Below, in pieces: positions 1 to 8,587 of a stretch of 8,587 nt of DNA; position 1 is the first letter of the stretch; each line of letters starts with the position of its first letter. The translations under genes were made by a program, and so were the position numbers. The notes beneath the pieces were generated by a model. That model saw nothing but the letters and a program-made list of their open reading frames with translations, had not been told where the DNA came from and ran no database searches. The stretch is from NCBI RefSeq assembly GCF_000150275.1, contig NW_002061042.1, forward strand, positions 4,781-13,367, in the 5' to 3' direction. This DNA comes from Trichoplax adhaerens. Its lineage: Eukaryota; Animalia; Placozoa.

Positions 1-2656
1 AGAATTACTACAGCTGATTCTTGTTACTTATTATTTGTTCTATTGTGTTAGCATCGAAAAATGTAAATGATGTCGAATTTACTACGGTACACACATTGAC
101 AGGATAACAAAGAAATATATTATATTATACATCATCCTCTTGTATTGAAAATCTGGCTAAGTACTTCCAAGTTCTATGTATTTATAGTTCATACTTTACA
201 AAAACAGTATATTTCACTTATATGATCTATAGGTATTTCCTTTATCATTTTTTGTGATCCATGTATCTTTCATTCTATTGCAATAGATACAATAATGAAT
301 TTAATGAAATGGTCTACTTAAATGACAATGAATTAGGAAGATTAAATTTACGTCAAAAGTTTATGTAGACTATATAACTCCTTTAGCATTTGTCCATAAG
401 CCAATGGTTAATATTCAAATATGAGAAAAATTGTTCATTTATCAAATAAATTCCTAGTATACAGCACATTGGGATAATCATGTTATCAAATGATGCCTTA
501 ACTGGTAACTCAGCTTATTAGATTTATAACGCGTCATCCCGTACGATACAAAGTGGTTGTAATTTCAAAAGAGAGAGGAAAAATAATATCATTTTATAGT
601 AATTGATCAGTAGGGGTAAGCTATGCTATTATATAATAGCAAAATTTTTTCATTAATTAAATTTATGATTATTAAATAAGATTGACTATCATTTTTCCTA
701 CTGCACTTGACATTGTTGAAGAATATAGAAGACAAACATTGACATATTGTGAACAATACTCCAATCATTTGAATATAACTTTAATAAATAGAACTTTGGG
801 TACGATTTAGGTGATGAAGAACGAGTTCTAGGCAAGAGTTAGATAAAGCTGGAGTTATTATTGCAGTTCCTTATGCATTCAGATGAATGATAGCGTCTAC
901 TATAGCTAAATTGTCTAATTCTATTGGTATAGTTTAGTTATAAGCGTTACCGTACTATTTTTTTTATAATGGCTAAAATCATAATCAAAGTTTGATTGAT
1001 GTCTAAAAAGAGTGAATACTATAAATTTGGACTCAGATGGCTATTGAATGATTGCAATAATAAATATTCTGATTATCTAATAAGCTATTATGGTTATTCT
1101 GACCTAAACTAGATCTAGTACAGAAAATGTAATACAAAATAGCTAAGATCTATGTTAGAAATATCGCTTTATATGATGTAATAAATCTGTTCTTTCCAAT
1201 TCTCTAATAATTCTAACCCCGAACGATTTGGAGTAAAACGGTTTATAACGGGGTTCTCGTTAAAAAAGTTTTCAACTACAGACTTTAATCTCAAGTACGA
1301 AAAGACAATCTCTATTGCTTTACTTTAACTTTTTATATCTTTGGCCTGTTTACAACCCGAAGAGTATAAACTGGAATTACTGAAAAACATTTGTTAACTT
1401 CTGGACTACGTATAAAAATGAAATTCTACGATCACTACAGTTTCTTACGAAACTTAAACTGGAACATCCTTTTTACCAACAACATGACCATGCTTTGCTT
1501 GTTACTGCTAGCTCTATAGTGTTGAAAAAAGAATTACAACCTACACAATATCACAACATCACTACATATGGTACAACTTATATCTTTATGGTACTAAAAT
1601 TTTAAGCTTTTTTCGATATTAAAATAACTATATACAAATCATGTACACATTATATACATAGAGCTAGTAAATGTGATATAAACACCATCGTAGTTAATTC
1701 TTAACATCTAGGTACTAATAAAACTCTAGCATTATGCTCTGAACTTACAACATATACACAAAGAATAAATTTTATTTGCTTAGAAAATAAAAAATAATGT
1801 AGATATCGGTAGCGACAACTAATCAATCATGTTAGCTAAAAGTGGTAAATCAATTTAATGGTAGGTAATTTCTTCAATTGAAATTTAAAATACATTAGCG
1901 GTAAATATTAATCGTAATCATAATTCTTTCGCTGCAGTGTCTATTTGCTCATTAAATTAGAAGGGATTAGTAATTAGTAAGGATTATGGCAGCATGATTT
2001 TCAAGATTTCGCTTGCTTTCATACTTATTTATAATTTTCGTACCGACGTTAAATAAAAAACTTTTAATTTCATCATCGTCCTTAATTTCTCAGGAGTCAA
2101 AGGATAACTCCCAGACTAATTTCTAAAGGCTACTATCATAAAATTTACCTAGAATAATAGGAATGAGGAAGCAAAAATGACTACATTTCATTATATCATA
2201 TTACTATTGTAATACAATGAACCTATATATTTTAGTGACTATTCTATAATATAAAAATATGAAAATGATTCAAACGAATCTTGTCATGCCTATGATAGAC
2301 TAGAAATGATCCAGCTGAACTTGCCTATTCGATTTCATTTATTATTCAATTATGCTCTTTTAATAAAAGCCCATAATAACAATATCAGTCATTTGTCAAG
2401 ATGAATTATAGGTACCAGTGAAATTAGTGGTATATTTTTAAAATGCTATTATAACCATGAAGTAGATTAACAGTGTTTTAATTATGCTTGCCAGCGACAT
2501 CTTACTTCTTTAATGAAATAAACAGAAGTTAATATTTACCAAGAAATGATACTACTTAACTTGAATGTTTAGTTTATTGTAGAGGCAAATTAAGTAGATT
2601 TATTTAATAAATTGAGGTGTACGGTATACTATTATCGGTAGCATAAGGATAATCAT

Positions 2657-2685
2657 ATTAACTATTATGTGCATTTATGTTACAG
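2657..2685 (+). promoter_or_regulatory. Candidate 3' splice acceptor of a 5'-UTR intron of the GPCR gene
   Basis: ATTAAC branch-like motif, a T-rich tract, then TTACAG ending at 2685, about 165 nt upstream of the ATG. Motif match only. Confidence 0.2.
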
Positions 2686-2849
2686 CTAACAATAGAGATC
2701 GCTTTCAGCAAAGCAATAATAGATTTTTTAAGGGAAAAGAGAAAATATGAACTGTAGAATTTTTATAGCTATAGCAATCTCTAGTAGACGTTATGCTTAA
2801 GGAAGAGAATTCTTAGTTTCGTTCATGGTCTTTAATCTCGTCAACAATT

Positions 2850-3848
2850 ATGAATCAAACAGCAACTAGCATCGAAAAATTCAATTTTTTTGATACAATT
2901 TATAAGTATGCAGGAGTCGTAGTTGTCCTTATTTTTGTATTTGGTGCTCTACTCAACCTGTTTATACTTTATATATTCCTTTCAGATCGTGGCTTTCAAA
3001 AAACTACCTACAAATTATTTCTAGTTTCAGTTATATCCGATATCATGTCTACTGCAACATCTATGATCGGCTATTCACAAATTATAGATCAAAGGATTGA
3101 TTATTATGGAGGCAAAATGGTTTGTAGCATCGGCTTGTACTTCTTGTATTCATCGTATGGAATTTCTGCCTTGAATTTATGCATCATTGGTTTAGATCGT
3201 TATTTTGCTATCGTAAAACCATTCTCATCATTTTATCGAAGTCATAAAAAGAGTGTTATAATCCTTGGTGAAAGTTTGGTTTGGTTAGTTTCCATGACGC
3301 TTAATCTTCCGTTTCTTATGATCATTACTGCTCATCATAATGATACTATGCTGTGTGACTTTCAAGACCTAAATACCACTACAAGAGCATATTTAGTTCT
3401 ATTTTCTGTAGTCTTCTATGTTATTCCAACGATATCAATTGCTATCATATATAGTAAAATTATAGCATTTCAGCAATCGTATGTCAGGCCTGGTGAATTT
3501 CTAGGTTATCAGCGTAGAATAGAGCGCACCATGAGGAGGCGATTTATTAGAATGCTATGCAAAATAACATCCTGCTACATATTGTTAGCTTGGCCAAATT
3601 TTGCAACATTAATAGGCATCGCAATCACTGGTCATACTATCATCATGATACGTCAAGAGAGTACTATTGCCTTTTTTTTCCTCTTTTTTTCTATTACTAC
3701 AACAACATCTATATCGATACTCAATCCGATAATTTATTTAAAATACGATATTTATGTTAGAATCAGAGCCATAAACATACTAAAGCAGATATTAAATTGT
3801 AGATGTAAAAAACACCATCGTTCTATAAATTTAGATGCGCCCAATTGA
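2850..3848 (+). CDS. Class A (rhodopsin-like, 7tm_1 clan) orphan G-protein-coupled receptor, single coding exon, 332 aa
   Basis: Seven hydrophobic segments with correctly spaced class A fingerprints: TM1 GALLN (N36=1.50); TM2 VISD (D64=2.50); C92 exactly 25 aa before R117 (3.25); S106 (3.39); LDRYFAIVKP (DRY at nt 3195-3203); W145 (4.50) and P154; ECL2 C169; FYVIP..Y (P193=5.50, Y201=5.58); basic ICL3; AWP (P249=6.50); NPIIY (nt 3723-3737); C-terminal CRC as a possible palmitoylation site. N-glycosylation sequons at N2, N164 and N175 are all extracellular. The ATG has A at -3 and the ORF ends in TGA. Confidence 0.96.
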   Translation: MNQTATSIEKFNFFDTIYKYAGVVVVLIFVFGALLNLFILYIFLSDRGFQKTTYKLFLVSVISDIMSTATSMIGYSQIIDQRIDYYGGKMVCSIGLYFLYSSYGISALNLCIIGLDRYFAIVKPFSSFYRSHKKSVIILGESLVWLVSMTLNLPFLMIITAHHNDTMLCDFQDLNTTTRAYLVLFSVVFYVIPTISIAIIYSKIIAFQQSYVRPGEFLGYQRRIERTMRRRFIRMLCKITSCYILLAWPNFATLIGIAITGHTIIMIRQESTIAFFFLFFSITTTTSISILNPIIYLKYDIYVRIRAINILKQILNCRCKKHHRSINLDAPN

Positions 3849-3965
3849 ATCAGTTAATTGATTATAAGCTTTTTAAGTCCGCTTAAATATTTTTATCATT
3901 TTAAAAATAGGTACGACAGATATCTATCTAATGATGGTTCGATACACGTAGATAGAATCTCTTAA

Positions 3966-3971
3966 ATTAAA
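3966..3971 (+). terminator. Possible polyadenylation signal (ATTAAA) for the GPCR; an AATAAA alternative lies at 4446-4451
   Basis: Poly(A)-signal-like hexamer about 120 nt after the stop codon. Such hexamers are frequent by chance at this AT content. Confidence 0.15.
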
Positions 3972-5679
3972 AATCGTACTTCATACCGTAAGTGAAAATG
4001 AATTTGAGAGAATAATTGCTTAGAATGATAATTCTGGCATCAAAGAATAGAGTCGTTGTGATAAAGTTTCTTCAACAAGAAATCAAGAGTTACAGTTTCT
4101 AGTAAATTTCGCTTTATTACATAAGTTAGATTCGTCTAACCTCTACCAAGGCCCATTTGAATACCTAACAAATTTAACTATTCTAGTACAATTTTGGATC
4201 GTAATCTGAGCTATATTTGGGGCTGCACTACAGTCATATAAAGTCTTTAAATTAGTATTTAATTTGTAATTTTGAATACTATTAGATTAAGTCAATAAGC
4301 TAATTCTTATTTAATGATCTTGATTACATATTGCAGCATGTTCATGGGAATAATGATTGGATTTTACAGAGTAGATCTATTTAATTCGATAAACAAACTA
4401 TTGAATTTATAATTATAATTATTTTATTCAAGGCAATATCAATGCAATAAAGGAAAATAACTTACAACCATGATTGAATAACAAGGGCATTAAAATCATG
4501 ATTTGGCGTAAAATAGAATCATTTAAGCTGACAAACCATTTCTTGGCTTAAAGAAATTTTTATTCATATCATCATTTTAAGACAAATAAATTAAAGCGTT
4601 ACTAATAGAGAAATCTCGAATGGATCAAATGCTTTAAATTGGTAGGTATTAGGCAGTTCAAGAAATTTTGTTGAGGCGATCCATTTCTAGATATACGAGG
4701 TTTTCCTTCTTTTTTTCTGCTAATTCAGTGGTTGCATAACTAGAGTTTCTCCCTTATGTCAATAAATGTAAGAGATTAGATACAGCCTAGAAATGATAGA
4801 TTTCACAGAATTTTTTGAATTAATAGCAATCAGATATAATCTAGCTGATAAAACTCATTAGTAATTAAATAAGGAATCTAGTTAAAGGAAATTCGCCAAT
4901 GGTTTTTACTCGTAATACTAATAATGTAGTGAGAGAAAGTTATTTTGGTGGGCATAATTAATTGATTTAACTGTGCATGTAACCAGTCATGAACTTGATT
5001 TAAATAATTTACACCTTTGAAGTACTAAAATGTTCGAAATTCTCTATAGCCAACCTTCTCAATATATATAATTTAAACAGATGATAGATATTAATATCAT
5101 TAAGTATATACAAAGGTTTGAAACTGAATTTTCTCAGTTCTGCTAATTTGATATTAATGAAATTCGGTAAATGTCTATAGCATAAGCAGAATAGATTTAC
5201 TTCCATAGCGTTCAAATTGATACTGAACTTACTTTGTTCGATATTAGGTCTGGCATAATTTATCGATAGGTAGCATTTGACGTTCTATTTCAGTAATTTA
5301 ATTTACAATCATTTATTTTGCCAATACATATTTAATGGAATTTTTTACGATCAGCAGCAAATGCCGAATAATTCTAGTACCTTAAAAAGATTTTATAGCT
5401 TATCAATAGTTTAGGCAGGGAATATACTATATCTGATAAAATCTGTTTAAGTGGCGGATTAATGTTCCAGTAATAAATATTTTGCACCACCTTTTCTGGC
5501 GTAACGAATAAATTGATTTCTTAATTAGGGTAGAAAGGATTTATCTCGTTGTTAATTACCCAATTATACTTCTAAATATAATTTTCTTTAGTAGATATTC
5601 ATCAATTATGTCAACTGTATGATCAATTTTATTTATTTCTATTTAAAAGAAAACGGTTTTAAAATACGGAATTACTCAC

Positions 5680-5747
5680 CATGTTGCCAAGTTATACAGG
5701 AAAATTATTGGTATTGTGGGTAAAAATTTTAACCATAATTAACATGT
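5680..5747 (-). other. Candidate 68-nt minus-strand exon (5'-UTR type) ending in ATG
   Basis: Minus strand reads CTAAC (5771-5767) gcactttccgtattgaTAG | exon | AACATG|GTGAGT. Consensus branch point, acceptor and donor are all present, and all three frames inside contain stops. Confidence 0.3.
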
Positions 5748-8348
5748 CTATCAATACGGAAAGTGCGTTAGAGCAGAAGATTCTAATTTTAAGAAAAGAC
5801 TAAATTCAGCCTACATAGCTATCGAGGGTAAATTTAACGGCATTGAACGTATCAAAAAATACAACGAACAGTTTAGCCCTATCGGCTAGTTACTCTATAA
5901 AATGGCTGGCATATCTGGTATTTCAGCCTATGTCCTTGAAAATATACCGCATTTTTTCATATCAAATTGTCACAAAACAGCTTTGCAACAAGATAACGCA
6001 ATATACGATCAATAAGTCAATTCCTTGAACTACGTATCAAGGAACGATATCTGCACTATCACGAGCACTTTTGCTCTACTAGCAGACTACACAAAGACTT
6101 AAACGCCTCGTATTTTACGTTAAACACTAAGTTGGACAATTCTTCTTTATTTCACGATATACTGCATTTATATACTATTCCTCAATAGTTCATGAGTCAT
6201 AGTTAATACAATTAACATTAGAATCATTTACTGAATTAGATATTAATTTTAGCTACTGCTCTCTTAATGCAGACAACAGTATTTACGAACATAGACATGT
6301 AATAACTAATACAGAATAGTCAGATTACGATATGTCCTATCACGGAACATTTCCATGATAATTTACAGTCTATCATAAGTAAATTACAATCACAATGATT
6401 CGAACTGTAAGCAGATGATTTGCATTCCCTATTATAACTATTATAATTTCAGTATGTGTATAAGTGTCACTGTCATAAAAAGTCAGTGCTATATTAAAAT
6501 ACAGTATATCCAAATTAGAAGTTAACTAAATAAGGATAGTCTAACAGAATTATCCTAACATAGTTATTTCTACTGTAATACAGTATTTAACACTGCAACA
6601 CAAATCTTTTCATTTCGATCGTTACAATAAGCAAACCTTTTATAGACTAGTGTCTGTAACGGTTGCATCTTATCCGCTACGATTTTAATTATAGAATATG
6701 CACGGGTGGTTTACTGCCGTTATTATTAGGGTTATTAATGATAATAATCTATTATGATTAATGCTGTCGCTATTATAGAATCATGTGCATACTAACATAG
6801 AAATGCTGATTTTCTTAATTTCATATCTCAAGCACGGAAAATCCTTTTCATTTGGCTTTGATTATGATCTAAAAATTCATTATTGTAAATATAATGTACC
6901 CCACCTACATTACTAGAAATGAACTGCTACTGAATAAATAACAAATTGATTCATTATCAATCATAGCGTTTTATTTAATTGATTAGGATAGAGTAATTGT
7001 AAAAGGGAAAAAAATTTAATTTAATAAAATTAATAATGCAATATTTATCGATAATTAGAGTTCACAATATACTGACATACTCACTCGAAGGTCTTCAATA
7101 TCAAAAAATGTTGCCCACTGCATTCTTTGGCTTTACATACAATACCACATTCTTATTAATAGTTAGTTATAGTAATCTGATCAGTAGGCTGGACAAAACT
7201 AATTTTAAACATGCTGGTATTCCTCTTTTGCTAAAATATTAAGTTAGTGAAATAACTGAATAAATAATTGTTATAATTTTATCAATGGATGTAATACCTT
7301 GTAAAATAATGAAGAAGAAAAGATGGCGACATGATGATTTGGCAAGGTAAAACTTACAGACACTATCACTTTATAGGTATTTTCTACAGTAAAATAATAC
7401 TAGTTACATACTAAAAGCTATAAAGGACTCTACTTTTAGTCCTTTACTACAAAATTTATTTTTAACAAACTTTGGCCTTTGTCCGGAAAGAAAATTAAAG
7501 TTTCTAGTATCTAAAAGAGAGTAAGGCAATATTATAATTATTCGTAAAAAGTACAGTCAGTTACTAGTCCAAGGTTATACTAAGGAGATAATATGGATAT
7601 TGGATAAACTAACATATCCGAAGATCATGATAGGACCTTTTCTAATATGTTTTGGTATTAAAACTCAGTACTTTAAACTGGCGCATTAGCCAAGATTAAA
7701 ACGAAAATAGACAGTAATATCTCGCTAGCGTAAATGAATGCCCTATATCTTCAAACTAATATAACAAGGACTACGATTTCTTATAAAACTTTACTACAAT
7801 ACCATAAATAACTATACTGTTAATGTCGTTTCTATTTTATAACATATATATATGGAAAGAAGCAAATATCCAAGTCAAATATCGCACTGTAATATGTGCT
7901 ATCAGGTGATAAAGTGAAGTTATATTAATCTTGTCATAAGGCAATTTTAACATCGTCTATACGAAATAAACTACTTACCGACGGTCACTTACTTCTTAGT
8001 TTTACCTACTTTGCAACTGAATTTTATCTATAAAAAGACTGCGTTTGAGATTTTTTAGTCACAATTTTCTTGATTGGTTATGAGCAATAGTAATTTTAAG
8101 TTATTGTCATATTTAATTGACACACTTTAAGTGCCAGGTATGGCTATGGTATTGATTTACTGAGATGATTGGAACAGTTTAATATAACATCTGGTAAACA
8201 GAACATATTGCTATAAAGTAATGGGAAATAGCTAAACTTGATAGATATGTCTCAATGTATAATTGTTTGAGAGACACGTACGATGTGACCTTAAAGACAT
8301 AACAAATGCCAGGTACAGCTGCAATTTCAGCCTTGTTTTTTTTGACAG

Positions 8349-8453
8349 CTAATCATTTATTGTCATTGCATTCCTATTTTGAGGCTGGATGGCGAATGTA
8401 CGTGATTGATGCGACAACTCTTTCCGTTAAATCATTATTAATAGTAATGCAAG
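8349..8453 (+). other. Candidate 105-nt internal exon of a gene continuing beyond the window
   Basis: Acceptor ccttgttttttttgaCAG (ends 8348) and donor CAAG|GTAATA (starts 8454). Length is divisible by 3 with one open frame (NHLLSLHSYFEAGWRMYVIDATTLSVKSLLIVMQ). No recognisable domain. Confidence 0.3.
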
Positions 8454-8587
8454 GTAATATCTTAGTATTTATTAAGAATTGCTTGTCACATATTCATCAT
8501 GCAGAATAATGTTAAGCGATATTGTATAGTAAATTCTATCATTGATAAAATGCATGTAATAAGGCGTAGAAATCAGTTAAGTTTGAC

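Noticed and set aside
49-62. 14-bp exact match TAGCATCGAAAAAT to 2867-2880 (GPCR 5' end)
   Set aside because: The similarity does not extend on either side, and about one such match is expected by chance in AT-rich DNA of this length.
1215-1255. Inverted repeat AACCCCG...CGGGGTT as possible MITE ends
   Set aside because: Only 7 bp, no target-site duplication and no second copy seen.
3557-3760. 67-aa alternative-frame ORF inside the GPCR
   Set aside because: Shadow ORF of the real CDS with no recognisable motif.
2850-3848. Assignment of the receptor as an opsin or biogenic amine receptor
   Set aside because: No Lys at 7.43 (T286) and no Asp at 3.32 (L99).
5009-5215. 68-aa minus-strand ORF
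   Set aside because: Begins at TTG rather than ATG, has AT-driven composition and no domain; length is within chance.
5843-6028. 61-aa ORF, plus a 37-aa ATG ORF (MAGISGISAY...) from 5902 in another frame
   Set aside because: The first has a TTG start. Both are short with no recognisable similarity or signal-peptide/dibasic precursor pattern.
6571-6585. Near-palindrome TACTGTA-A-TACAGTA
   Set aside because: Short and AT-rich; expected by chance.
7036-7242. 68-aa ORF considered as a GPCR pseudogene fragment
   Set aside because: No DRY, NPxxY or other fingerprint and no clear transmembrane segment.
8306-8509. 67-aa ORF as a standalone gene
   Set aside because: No recognisable product; only the internal part bounded by splice signals was kept as a low-confidence exon.
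1-8587. CRISPR array, tRNA/rRNA, transposase/RT remnants, prokaryotic operon or defence system
   Set aside because: No regularly spaced repeats, RNA-gene signatures or long ORFs besides the GPCR; gene density and content are eukaryotic.

Overview
Very AT-rich (roughly 70% by eye), gene-sparse eukaryotic DNA with no prokaryotic hallmarks. The only well-supported feature is an uninterrupted + strand ORF (2850..3848, 332 aa) encoding a class A (rhodopsin-like) G-protein-coupled receptor. It keeps N1.50, D2.50, the C3.25-ECL2 Cys pair, DRY, W4.50, P5.50/Y5.58 and NPxxY, but the TM6 CWxP and PIF switches are rearranged. It lacks the aminergic D3.32 and the opsin K7.43, so it is best called an orphan from an invertebrate lineage-specific expansion. 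The style recalls Trichoplax-type receptors, but that is an unverified impression. The ~2.8 kb upstream and ~4.7 kb downstream look non-coding. They contain a few well-formed splice-signal sets that may mark short exons, including a possible minus-strand transcript that could span the GPCR. I found no RNA gene, transposon, tandem array or CRISPR, and I cannot support a claim of a new multi-gene system.
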